Positions 1-8,733 are shown, numbered from the stretch's first letter. The stretch: 32,000 nucleotides of DNA from a candidate division WWE3 bacterium (GCA_026396615.1 JAPLWK010000004.1:10826-42825); one strand, 5' to 3'. Notes: generated from the sequence alone by a model not told the origin. Translations and numbers: made by a program.

Positions 1-155
1 TATTTTCAGCAGCATTGTCAACATTTACAATTAATTTTTCCTTGACTTTTTGGGCCTTTTTGTTATACTTACCTCAGTAAGACCGCTAGGGGCAGGGGCC
101 ATCCGTAACCATTCGGATCTAAGCTGCCCATAAAGCTCGCGGTCTTTTTAGCTTT

Positions 156-599
156 CTAAGGTTTACTAATTTTGTCGTAATAGTATACGACCTCACGAGC
201 GCTGATTCTGAGTCCCTTACTTTTATTTTTCATTGCTACGTACCCTTTAAGGTGAGCGTTAGATTTCTTACCTACATGAGCAAACCAAATATCCAAATTC
301 TGAGCTTTATTTATTAAGAGAACTTGGGAAATAAATAATTTTATCTGACGTTCGTAGCCGGTGTATTCACAATCAATTTCGACCACGTCTGCCTTGGAAG
401 CCATAATCACTTTTGCGCAGAGTACTGCGAACGTGAATAATTTAAAGATTAGTGGCTTACCGAGTTCCCTAAAAAATAGCTTCAGTTCCTGCTTTTCGTG
501 GGCATCAATTGAACTCAGGAATGTTTGGCCATTAGCTAAACAGACGTAGGTTGTTTTACCCGTGTTTTCTATTTTGTTTGATTGGTCTATCTGGTACAT
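156..599 (-). CDS. hypothetical protein, 147 aa
   Basis: Intact ORF. Its ATG (597-599) overlaps the ychF stop codon by 1 nt (TAATG on the minus strand), suggesting translational coupling with ychF. No family motif recognised by eye. Confidence 0.55.
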   Translation of the reverse strand: MYQIDQSNKIENTGKTTYVCLANGQTFLSSIDAHEKQELKLFFRELGKPLIFKLFTFAVLCAKVIMASKADVVEIDCEYTGYERQIKLFISQVLLINKAQNLDIWFAHVGKKSNAHLKGYVAMKNKSKGLRISAREVVYYYDKISKP

Positions 600-1660
600 T
601 ACACGCTGAATCTAAACTCCACAATATCCCCCTCTTTCATTACATATTCTCGACCCTCCAGTCGCACCTTGCCTAACTCTTTCGCTTTCGACCAACCGCC
701 GACGGCTATGTAATCGTCATAATGACAAACTTCGGCTGAAATAAAACCGCGTTCAAAGTCGCCGTGAATGGCTCCGGCCGCCTCTGGCCCCTTCGCACCC
801 TGCCGAATCGTCCAGGCCCGAACTTCCTTAGGACCAGCCGTGAGGAAAGTTTGAAGACCGAGTGTGTGAAAGCAGATTTTAATGACCCTGTCTAAACCGG
901 ATTCAGAAAGACCCAAACCAGCGAGATATTCTTTCTGCTCTAAGTCTGACAACGCAGAGAGTTCTGATTCCATCTTTGCTGAAATTGACAACGATACCAC
1001 CTGTAGGGACGCATCAAGATGCGTCCTCGATTCGTCGACATTCAAAACATACACAATCGGCTTCATGGTGAGCAACTGCCAATTTTTAGCTTCCACCATT
1101 TCCTCTTCGGATAAAATAACCTCCGACGCAGCCAAACCCTGATTCAAACCTGTTAAAAGTTTATCTGCCGCAGACCCACGCACCAAATCTAATTTGTTAA
1201 CTGTTTTTTGTTGTTTGTTATTTGATAACTTAGTAACCGTTTCTAAATCCTTTAAAATCAACTCCGTTTTAATCGTGGCCATGTCGCTCTCAGGATTTTC
1301 GGCTCCCGCCCGAATCACGTTTTCGTCACTAAAATCCCGAACTACTTCCAGAATCATTTGGCACTCCCGAATATGGCTTAAAAACTGATTACCAAGGCCT
1401 TCGCCAGATGCGGCGCCTTTGACTAAGCCGGCAATGTCCACAAACTTAACGACCGCCGGAATAATCTTCGTGTCGCGGTCTTTTACCATGTCATAAAGAA
1501 CTTGGAGACGATGATCAGGAACTTCGACCACCCCAACATTCGGCTCAATAGTACAAAAAGGATAATTCGCCGCCTCGGCAATCTGCCTCTTTAATAGTGC
1601 ATTAAATAATGTTGACTTCCCAACGTTCGGAAGACCGACGATGCCAATTGAAATATTCAT
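599..1660 (-). CDS. ychF: redox-regulated ATPase YchF (OLA1 family GTP/ATP-binding protein)
   Basis: P-loop GIVGLPNVGKSTLFNAL near the N-terminus and overall YchF-like layout down to the C-terminal KEGDIVEFRF tail. Start moved from ORF-track 1687 to ATG 1660 (MNISIGIVG...), the usual distance from the P-loop. Confidence 0.93.
   Translation of the reverse strand: MNISIGIVGLPNVGKSTLFNALLKRQIAEAANYPFCTIEPNVGVVEVPDHRLQVLYDMVKDRDTKIIPAVVKFVDIAGLVKGAASGEGLGNQFLSHIRECQMILEVVRDFSDENVIRAGAENPESDMATIKTELILKDLETVTKLSNNKQQKTVNKLDLVRGSAADKLLTGLNQGLAASEVILSEEEMVEAKNWQLLTMKPIVYVLNVDESRTHLDASLQVVSLSISAKMESELSALSDLEQKEYLAGLGLSESGLDRVIKICFHTLGLQTFLTAGPKEVRAWTIRQGAKGPEAAGAIHGDFERGFISAEVCHYDDYIAVGGWSKAKELGKVRLEGREYVMKEGDIVEFRFSV
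1003..1032. repeat. 30-nt palindromic element (GAGGACGCATC family) embedded in-frame in ychF
   Basis: Minus-strand reading AATCGAGGACGCATCTTGATGCGTCCCTAC is 29/30 identical to plus-strand 18025-18054. It encodes ESRTHLDASL in the variable linker of YchF. Confidence 0.8.
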
Positions 1661-1702
1661 AAAAGTATGGTATAATATACCAATCACGATGACTGGATAG
1701 GC

Positions 1703-2245
1703 CTAAGGTTTCGACCGAACGCCGATGCCAGTCGTTAACATTTCTAAACTACCTCTTAATTGATCCGCTCTAACCACAAACCCAGAGTACGGCTTAAATA
1801 GTTTCGAATAATGTTTATTTGGAGTAAACAAGTGTAATAATTTATTTTTTAAAGCTAAATATTCTACTAAACAAAAAAAGTCTCCATCACCGGATACAAT
1901 AATGCCCTTTTCATAATTTTCGAATTGAATCATGGAATGTAAAACCAGTTCAGCATCCACGTTACCTTTTACTGTCCCGTCCGGTAATTCCATCGTTGGT
2001 TTAAGAATTACCAAGTAATCCATTTTCTGAAGTTCAGTATAAAGTGCCCCATTACCAGGTTTATAACCAATAAATAAGTAAGCTTCCGAAACGTTATATT
2101 TATTCCGAAGATACAGCCTGAACTTTCGCCAGTCCAATTTCCAACCCTGAGATCTAATTCCTAAATTTAAATTCTGACTATCTATAAATGCGAAAGTTTT
2201 ATTCACGTTAACAGTGTACCAAATACAATCTCCGGTTTCGACCAA
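1703..2245 (-). CDS. NYN/LabA-like domain protein (predicted RNase fold)
   Basis: KTFAFIDSQNLNLG near the N-terminus and IVSGDGDFFCLVEYL match the NYN (LabA/DUF88-type) signature. The ORF-track start is TTG at 2245; an internal GTG at 2206 just before KTFAFID is equally plausible. Confidence 0.75.
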   Translation of the reverse strand: MVETGDCIWYTVNVNKTFAFIDSQNLNLGIRSQGWKLDWRKFRLYLRNKYNVSEAYLFIGYKPGNGALYTELQKMDYLVILKPTMELPDGTVKGNVDAELVLHSMIQFENYEKGIIVSGDGDFFCLVEYLALKNKLLHLFTPNKHYSKLFKPYSGFVVRADQLRGSLEMLTTGIGVRSKP

Positions 2246-2339
2246 ACGCTAAAAGTGATAATTAACAATTTGATACTATAGACAAAATTTGTCACAAAAA
2301 GGGACCGGCTAGATAAAAATCTTCACCAGTCCCAATAGG

Positions 2340-2822
2340 TCAACGAGGTAAACAAGTACCGAATCTATCCGCGAATATCTGCGGTGGCTTACCAATTGAT
2401 TCTACTGATCCGTACCGCAACGGGAAAATAAAAAATTGGCCCAGTCCCAAGCTAGTAAAGGCCTTACAACAATCTTCTGTAACCAGTATGAGTAATTTTT
2501 CATAGCCTTGCAGCTTCCTTACCCGAGTTATAAAACGAACCGCGACTTCCTTGGCATCGGGTTCCGCCAACTCTGGTTGTGGTCGAATAAGGATTTGCCC
2601 GCAGTAGTCCGAGTAATCTTTAAAATTCTGTACTGTCTTAAACCAATGAGCTGCTTCGGGATTACCATTCAGAAATTCGCATCGAGTGGTTTGTACTTGA
2701 CTGGCCAGAGCAAATGCGACAGGAAGATTTTGCCCCGAACCTAAACGATAAACTTCAATATTAACTTTTTTACGAAAACCACGATCAACACCATCCTTAT
2801 TGCAGAGCGTAAATGTAGTCAT
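2340..2822 (-). CDS. hypothetical protein, 160 aa
   Basis: Intact ORF with a Shine-Dalgarno site (TAGGAGAGAAAAAAATG) and a TATAAT box about 35 nt upstream. No recognisable motif. Confidence 0.6.
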   Translation of the reverse strand: MTTFTLCNKDGVDRGFRKKVNIEVYRLGSGQNLPVAFALASQVQTTRCEFLNGNPEAAHWFKTVQNFKDYSDYCGQILIRPQPELAEPDAKEVAVRFITRVRKLQGYEKLLILVTEDCCKAFTSLGLGQFFIFPLRYGSVESIGKPPQIFADRFGTCLPR

Positions 2823-2868
2823 TTTTTTCTCTCCTATAAATTAAGCTATTAGTGTAAGGATTATACGC

Positions 2869-4152
2869 TTACTTGGATAATATTTCTTGTATTCTCGCTG
2901 TTTCTAGGGCTTCATCGAAGGGCCCGAGAAGACATACGGTAAGTTTGCTATTCTTAATCAGTTCTGACGCCAGGGTCTGAATGTCCTCCAAAGTGACAGC
3001 GTCGATCTTGGCGATCGTTTCTTCCGGCGTTTCGAGTTTCTGACGAGTCAGCTCTTGCAGGCCATAGTAATTCATGACTTTGTCGCTAGTCTCCAAACTT
3101 AAGGCTAAAATGCCTTTAAGATGTTCTTTTGACCTGGTTAATTCCGCTTCAGTGACGCCAGAAATTGCGATATTTTTAAACTCGGTGACGATAGCAACTA
3201 AAGCTTCTTGATAACGGTCAACAGTGACGCCGGCCGAAGCCGTCCACAGTCCCGTATCTTTAAAACTCTCGGCGTTGCTGCGGATGTAATAGGCTAAACC
3301 TAGCTGATCGCGAATTTTGTTAAATAAACGGCTAGCCATACCGCCCCCTAAAATGTCGTTGGCAACTTCTAAAATCTCCGCTCGTTCGTCGTTGTCATCT
3401 AGCCCACGCCAACCTAAATATAGATGGGCTTGGTCAAGTTTCCGGTTGATGACCTTGACTTGCAGACCAGCTTGACTAGTCACGTAAGGAATTTCGGAGA
3501 ACTTTTGACCAAGATTAAAATCTTTAAAAATAGGTTCGACTAAATTAAAGAATGACGAAGAATCAAGGTCACCAGCGGCAATGACGACGACACGTTTAGG
3601 ATCATAAAATTCTGACCGAAACTTCTCTAAGTCCGCTTTAGAAAAACGTTGTAAATTCTCTTTGGTACCAACTATCTTTTGGCCCAGAGGATGGCCTTTG
3701 AAGACGAGTGACAAGAATTCTTGTTCGACTTTTTCCATAGGCTGATCTTCGTACATGTTGAGTTCTTCGATGACGTTACCGCGCTCGATTTCCAAGTCTT
3801 TGCCGGGAAATAATGGATTTAGGAAAATGTCGGAAACGACGAAGACCAAACGGTCTAGCTTGCTGGCGGCGCTCTTCGCCCAATAGCCGGTAAATTCGTA
3901 GCCGGTAAAAGCGTTGTTAATGCCGCCAATGCCTTCTATGGCGTTAGAAATTGCTTGGCTGTAAGGAAGTAACGGCGTGCCCTTAAAGACATTGTGCTCA
4001 ATGAAGTGCGCGATACCGGATGTTTCCGCGGATTCTTGACGGCTCCCCGCCCCCACGAGAACGGCAAAAGTGACGGTAGAACTGCCGGGAATTGGCAGAG
4101 CGCGAAGACGGACGCCGTTGGGAAGATCTTTTTTAGCGTAATCAAAATGCAT
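2869..4152 (-). CDS. M16 (pitrilysin/insulinase) family zinc peptidase
   Basis: Inverted zinc motif HFIEH (HxxEH) in GIAHFIEHNVFKGT, with length and layout typical of a single-chain M16 peptidase. Start set at ATG 4152 (MHFDYAKKDLPNGV). A TAAAAT box ends 7 nt upstream, so the mRNA looks leaderless. Confidence 0.88.
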   Translation of the reverse strand: MHFDYAKKDLPNGVRLRALPIPGSSTVTFAVLVGAGSRQESAETSGIAHFIEHNVFKGTPLLPYSQAISNAIEGIGGINNAFTGYEFTGYWAKSAASKLDRLVFVVSDIFLNPLFPGKDLEIERGNVIEELNMYEDQPMEKVEQEFLSLVFKGHPLGQKIVGTKENLQRFSKADLEKFRSEFYDPKRVVVIAAGDLDSSSFFNLVEPIFKDFNLGQKFSEIPYVTSQAGLQVKVINRKLDQAHLYLGWRGLDDNDERAEILEVANDILGGGMASRLFNKIRDQLGLAYYIRSNAESFKDTGLWTASAGVTVDRYQEALVAIVTEFKNIAISGVTEAELTRSKEHLKGILALSLETSDKVMNYYGLQELTRQKLETPEETIAKIDAVTLEDIQTLASELIKNSKLTVCLLGPFDEALETARIQEILSK

Positions 4153-4179
4153 GACAATTATTTTAACATACTGTATATT
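4151..4179 (+). promoter_or_regulatory. sigma70-like promoter for the PBP gene
   Basis: ATGACA (4151-4156), 17-bp spacer, TATATT (4174-4179). The first ATG downstream is 4207. It overlaps the divergent M16 start region. Confidence 0.45.
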
Positions 4180-4206
4180 GCGGGTAACACCAATTCCCAA
4201 ATACCT

Positions 4207-6666
4207 ATGGAAAAATTTATACGAATTCTCTGGAACTACTACTTAAAAATAGTAGAGGTTTTTTTAATATTAATTTTTAGCCCTATAAACTGGGGTATTT
4301 TGGCGTACTTAAAGCTTAAAAGAACGCTCCAAACTTCGATAAAATTGATGGTAAGGGAGATAGGAGTAATAAATAGTGTAATTTTGACAAGACTAATAGT
4401 ATTAAAAAAGAGCATTGCTAAAAACGAAGCTGTCATTAAAGGCTATCTAGCGGATCGCCAGAAGAAACTAAAGTATAAAATAATTTGGGAATATAAAGAT
4501 TTATTAGTTTCGGCTGCGGAACTTCAAGCCAAAATAAGAATCACAATTATAAATTTTATAAAACTTATAAAACGTATTATTAAGCGCCGACCTAAAGCAG
4601 CGCTTGCACCAAAACGGACCCAATTAGCAGTCAAAAAAGCCAATTTGACCATTCCAAACAACAAAGGACTGGCTGCCTATAAAATAACGGCCTCGATTTT
4701 GATTAGCATTTCGCTTATTTTAACTACCGCTAACGGCGCTTATGCTTTCTATCAGCTGATTCTGAAAGATTTACCGTCGCCGGAAACACTATCGACGAAT
4801 CAACCGGATCTAACCACTAAGATACTCGATCGTAATGGCGTTCTGCTCTACAAAATTCACGGCCCCCAGAATCGAACCTGGATCACGCTTTCAGACATCC
4901 CAAAGACTTTAACTGAAGCCACGATTAGCATGGAAGACAAGGATTTTTACACCAACCCCGGTTTTAGCGTCAGCGGTATCGTCCGCGCCGCAGTGACCCA
5001 AGCCCGCGGCGGTGCCGTGCAAGGGGGCAGCACGATCACCCAGCAACTGGTGAAAAACGTCTTTTTAACGCCGGACCGAACCATTGTTCGCAAAACTAAG
5101 GAGCTAATCCTCGCAGTCGAGACTGAAAGACACTACAGCAAAGACCAAATTTTAGAGATGTATTTAAACATTAACGGCTATGGTGGCAGTAGTTACGGGG
5201 TTGAGGAAGCAGCTCAAGAATATTTTGGCATTTCGGCCCGCAATTTAGATCTGGCTCAAAGTGCTCTTTTAGCCGGTCTAACAGCCTCCCCTACTACCTA
5301 CTCGCCTTTTGGAGTTCACCCTGAGATGGCCAAAGAGCGACAACGTCTCGTTCTGCAGCGGATGCTCGAAGACGGCAAAATCACTTACGACCAAATGGAG
5401 GCTGCGGTAAGTGAACCTCTGAATATTAAACCGCAGGTTGATCGCATTCTGGCCCCTCATTTTGTAATGTGGGTTAAACAACTATTAGTTGATAGGTACG
5501 GCGAAGACGTGGTAGACAAAGGAGGACTAACAGTGAAGACATCCCTTGACATTAATCTTCAAAATATGGTCCAAACCGAAGTTCAAACGCAGTTGGGGAT
5601 CTTGAAGTTTGAGAATGTCACCAACGGGGCAGCGATGATCACCAAACCGGCGACCGGTGAAGTCTTAGCGATGGTGGGAAGTAGAGATTATTTTGATTTA
5701 CAGCATGACGGCAATGTTAATGTCGCTTTGAGTCTTCGCCAGCCCGGCTCCTCTATAAAAGTAGTTAATTACGCCGGGGCTCTGGAAGATGGCTTTACGG
5801 CGGCCACTCGGATCGTTGACGCCCCGATTTCCTTTCCATCGGTGGGAGGACCGACTTATAATCCGGTCAATTATGACGGCAAATTCCACGGCAACGTTAC
5901 TGTGCGAACGGCTCTGGCCTCCTCTTTTAACATTCCGGCCGTGAAAGTCCTGGCCGCTCAAGGAGTCCCTAAAATGGTCGCCAAGGGCATTGAAATGGGT
6001 TTAACTAGTTGGCAAAATGTGGACCCCGGCCGCTTCGGTTTGTCGATGACTCTGGGGAGCATTGAAGTCCCGATGACGCAAATGATGGTCGTTTATGGCG
6101 ATTTAGCTAATGGTGGCAAGCAGACACAACTAAACCCATTTTTAGAAGTTAAAGATAGTGCAGGTCTAGTTTTAGAGTCACAGGCCGCTGACCCAAAGCC
6201 TTCGAACCAAGTCGTTAAGCCCGGCGTCGCTTATATTATAAGTAATATTCTGAGTGACAACAACGCCCGTATTCCCGCTTTTGGACCGAGCTCAGTCCTA
6301 AATATCCCAGGCTACACCGTTGCTGTAAAGACCGGCACCACCAATGAATTGCGTGACAACTGGACATTTGGTTATACGCCGGATTACGTAGTAGGAACTT
6401 GGGTTGGTAATAACGATAATACGCCGATGAGCGGGGTCGCCTCTGGCATTACTGGCGCCTCCCCGATTTGGCATAACATCATGACGAATTTATTGACAGG
6501 ACAGCCCACGACTAGCTTTGTAATGCCCAGTGACGTGACCGCTGTCAATTTATGCCCCTACACCGGCACTTTGGCCTGTAATAGTTGCCAAGGACAAACA
6601 GAGTACTTTATTAAGGGAAGTGAACCAAAAACTGCCTGTTCGGATGAAGTGATTAAGAAAAATTAA
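4207..6666 (+). CDS. class A penicillin-binding protein (bifunctional glycosyltransferase/transpeptidase, PBP1A-like)
   Basis: GT51 motifs EDKDFYTNPGF, GGSTITQQLVKN and RKTKELILAVE. Transpeptidase motifs SSIK (SxxK), SFN (SxN) and KTGTT. TM anchor ITASILISISLILTTANGAYAF. The ORF-track start at 3994 lies antisense inside the M16 gene, so 4207 is the first ATG after the predicted promoter; the exact start is uncertain. Confidence 0.9.
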   Translation: MEKFIRILWNYYLKIVEVFLILIFSPINWGILAYLKLKRTLQTSIKLMVREIGVINSVILTRLIVLKKSIAKNEAVIKGYLADRQKKLKYKIIWEYKDLLVSAAELQAKIRITIINFIKLIKRIIKRRPKAALAPKRTQLAVKKANLTIPNNKGLAAYKITASILISISLILTTANGAYAFYQLILKDLPSPETLSTNQPDLTTKILDRNGVLLYKIHGPQNRTWITLSDIPKTLTEATISMEDKDFYTNPGFSVSGIVRAAVTQARGGAVQGGSTITQQLVKNVFLTPDRTIVRKTKELILAVETERHYSKDQILEMYLNINGYGGSSYGVEEAAQEYFGISARNLDLAQSALLAGLTASPTTYSPFGVHPEMAKERQRLVLQRMLEDGKITYDQMEAAVSEPLNIKPQVDRILAPHFVMWVKQLLVDRYGEDVVDKGGLTVKTSLDINLQNMVQTEVQTQLGILKFENVTNGAAMITKPATGEVLAMVGSRDYFDLQHDGNVNVALSLRQPGSSIKVVNYAGALEDGFTAATRIVDAPISFPSVGGPTYNPVNYDGKFHGNVTVRTALASSFNIPAVKVLAAQGVPKMVAKGIEMGLTSWQNVDPGRFGLSMTLGSIEVPMTQMMVVYGDLANGGKQTQLNPFLEVKDSAGLVLESQAADPKPSNQVVKPGVAYIISNILSDNNARIPAFGPSSVLNIPGYTVAVKTGTTNELRDNWTFGYTPDYVVGTWVGNNDNTPMSGVASGITGASPIWHNIMTNLLTGQPTTSFVMPSDVTAVNLCPYTGTLACNSCQGQTEYFIKGSEPKTACSDEVIKKN

Positions 6667-6669
6667 AAT

Positions 6670-7236
6670 TTACCCGCGCTCGACGTATTTTCCGTCACGG
6701 GTGTCGACCTTTATCCGTTCGCCCTCATTAATAAACATCGGCACGTAGACCGTCGCCCCGGTTTCAATTATTGCCGGCTTTTGGGCGTTCCCAACGGTAT
6801 TGCCCTTTTCTCCAGGCATTGTTGAGGTGACAGTGAAAAACATGGAGGTGGGTAGATCAAAAGAAATAGGGGTGTCATTGTAGAAGTTGACGGTGCCAGT
6901 GGAACCTTCAAGCAGAAAGTTGCACAACTCCCCTACTATGTCAGCCGACAACTCAATGGTCTCAAAAGTCACCGGATCCATGAAGTTAAATGTTTGGCCG
7001 TCCTTATATAAGTATTGCACCGGCTTTTTGCTCAAGTCGACTTCTTCGACTGTACCGCCGCTTTTAAGACCACGCTCGATGATAGCACCAGTTAGAATAT
7101 TACGAGCTTTGACTTTAATGACCGCTCCGCCCCGGCCCATTTTAATATGCTCATATTTAAGGACAATGAAAGGATTTCCCGTTTCGGGATCCATAAAGGC
7201 CGTACCATTGCGAAGACCAGTGACGACTAATGCCAT
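6670..7236 (-). CDS. efp: translation elongation factor P
   Basis: Full-length similarity to EF-P (KMGRGGAVIKVKARNILTG loop region, C-terminal GERIKVDTRDGKYVERG). Start set at ATG 7236, because a TTGTCA-18-TACAAT promoter overlaps the upstream in-frame ATGs. Confidence 0.93.
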   Translation of the reverse strand: MALVVTGLRNGTAFMDPETGNPFIVLKYEHIKMGRGGAVIKVKARNILTGAIIERGLKSGGTVEEVDLSKKPVQYLYKDGQTFNFMDPVTFETIELSADIVGELCNFLLEGSTGTVNFYNDTPISFDLPTSMFFTVTSTMPGEKGNTVGNAQKPAIIETGATVYVPMFINEGERIKVDTRDGKYVERG

Positions 7237-7269
7237 AAGCCTCGTCATTGTACAACTACGACTCACCCG

Positions 7270-7298
7270 TTGACAATAGTCTTCGAATTTGGCATATT
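7270..7298 (+). promoter_or_regulatory. sigma70-like promoter upstream of the permease leader
   Basis: TTGACA (7270-7275), 17-bp spacer, CATATT (7293-7298) preceded by TGG, which resembles an extended -10. Confidence 0.5.
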
Positions 7299-7354
7299 AA
7301 ATTCCTAGAATGATTAATTCTAGAATTAAACCGAAAAGTAATTACTTAGTTTCT

Positions 7355-7376
7355 GCCGCCTCTGGGCGGTTTTTTT
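7355..7376 (+). terminator. rho-independent terminator-like hairpin in the permease leader
   Basis: GCCGCC-tctg-GGCGGT followed by seven T. It lies 93 nt upstream of the permease ATG and about 50-70 nt downstream of the promoter. Confidence 0.6.
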
Positions 7377-7468
7377 ATGCCCTTTTTACTGACTTTAAAC
7401 TTCGGGATGAAAGTTAAACGTCATAAAAAGTCATACAAATTCTAATTACTAAGAAAGGGAGAAAAATC

Positions 7469-8728
7469 ATGTTATTAGATGCATTAAGACATCCTAGCGT
7501 GTTTATACGGGGTAATACCAACGCCACGACCGACGTGATGCCCGAGCAAATACCGCCGATTTGGAGATCACTAATTTGGGGTCTACAGATGTTCGCAGTC
7601 GCCGCCCCAGCTACCATCGTTGGAATTCTGGCTATCAATGGACTGCTGAAGGTAAACAACGTGCCCGCCCAGTTTCAATTGGACCCGCATATCGCCTTAG
7701 TGGCCGCCGGAGTGGGAACGATTGTGTGGATGATCATTACCCGGGGTAAGATGCCGAACTTTGTAGGCACTAGCTTTACCTACATTCCGACCATCGCGGC
7801 TATCACTGCCAGTATGGTCGGTAAATCGGACGCCAATCCCCTATCGTACGCCACCGGTGCAGTGATGCTCAGTACTATTTGGACGCTTCTGATCGCCGGT
7901 TTTATATACTTGACGACTCGCGGGGCTAAAGATGGTGACGACGTGAGTAATAAACTAACCGTTTTTACAAGGTTAGTGCCCAATGAAATCGCCGTCAGCA
8001 TTGTGTTCATAATCGGTTTGTCTCTAGCTGGAGTGGCTGTGGGTATGATTAGTACCAACATCATTCTGGGACTGGCCACAGTGTTACTGATTGCCCTTTT
8101 TAAGTACCTGCCAAAGTTCTGGGGTACGATCCCAATTATTTTGGCCCTACTGGTTATGTATTTGGTTTCGGCCGCTTTGGGACTGGTAAATCTGCAGACT
8201 TTTGTGGAAGCACCGCTTCTGCGAGTACCAAACTTCATGCTGCCAAACTTCAACTTCGCTGGCTTTGTGCAAATGGCTCCGGTAAGCCTCGCGACATCGT
8301 TTGAAACTTTGGGGCATATCTTAGTACTCCAGATGTTACTGGGCCGGCCGCTAATGAAGAAACTGTGGCAAGCCATGGTAGCCGATGGCATCTGCGACTC
8401 CTTGGGGGCTGTCATGGGTACTTCTGGTAACACTACATACGCGGAGGACTTGGGACTTCTTGCTATGACTAGAATCTTTGCTGCATGGGTTGCCTTTGAG
8501 GTCGCCAGAGCTGAAAAGATAAGGTTTGACACGCCACGAACGGCCATAATCACCGCAGTGATGCTGATTATCGGAGTTGGTAACTTACAGCTAACGATTG
8601 ATGGTACCACCTGGCTCTCTGGCATCTCGTATGCAATCGTCGTTGGAGTTATTGGTTGGCCTATCGTTGGTTTGTTTGAAAAAATCCTGCAACCAAAAAA
8701 AGTTGAGGTAAAAGAAGTAACGAAGTAG
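7469..8728 (+). CDS. NCS2 family nucleobase (uracil/xanthine-type) permease
   Basis: Polytopic membrane protein with the NCS2-type motif GICDSLGAVMGTSGNTTYAEDLGLLAMTR and an N-terminal GLQMFAVAAPATIV segment. Strong SD (AAGGGAGAAAAATCATG). Confidence 0.82.
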   Translation: MLLDALRHPSVFIRGNTNATTDVMPEQIPPIWRSLIWGLQMFAVAAPATIVGILAINGLLKVNNVPAQFQLDPHIALVAAGVGTIVWMIITRGKMPNFVGTSFTYIPTIAAITASMVGKSDANPLSYATGAVMLSTIWTLLIAGFIYLTTRGAKDGDDVSNKLTVFTRLVPNEIAVSIVFIIGLSLAGVAVGMISTNIILGLATVLLIALFKYLPKFWGTIPIILALLVMYLVSAALGLVNLQTFVEAPLLRVPNFMLPNFNFAGFVQMAPVSLATSFETLGHILVLQMLLGRPLMKKLWQAMVADGICDSLGAVMGTSGNTTYAEDLGLLAMTRIFAAWVAFEVARAEKIRFDTPRTAIITAVMLIIGVGNLQLTIDGTTWLSGISYAIVVGVIGWPIVGLFEKILQPKKVEVKEVTK

Positions 8729-8733
8729 TTCGC

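Noticed and set aside
76-149. Identifying the structured region at the window start as SRP (4.5S) RNA
   Set aside because: CAGG...AAGCTGCC superficially recalls the SRP domain IV strands. However, the GNRA tetraloop (GGAA) and the conserved AGCA symmetric-loop sequence are absent, and the apical hairpin differs. I left it as an unclassified candidate RNA.
3994-4206. N-terminal 71 codons of the 890-aa ORF-track model for the PBP gene
   Set aside because: This part is antisense to the conserved N-terminus (including HFIEH) of the M16 peptidase and lies upstream of the predicted PBP promoter. The first ATG after the promoter is 4207.
7300-7468. Purine, preQ1 or PyrR-type riboswitch/attenuator upstream of the nucleobase permease
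   Set aside because: I could not find the purine riboswitch three-way junction consensus, the preQ1-I A-rich tail motif or the PyrR binding box (ARUCCAGAGAGG). Only the generic promoter-terminator architecture is supported.
7780-8625. 281-aa ORF on the minus strand, antisense to the permease gene
   Set aside because: It lies entirely within the NCS2 permease, whose plus-strand frame carries family motifs, TM periodicity and a strong SD. The antisense product is low-complexity (S/T/A/P-rich) with no start signals, which is typical of a shadow ORF.
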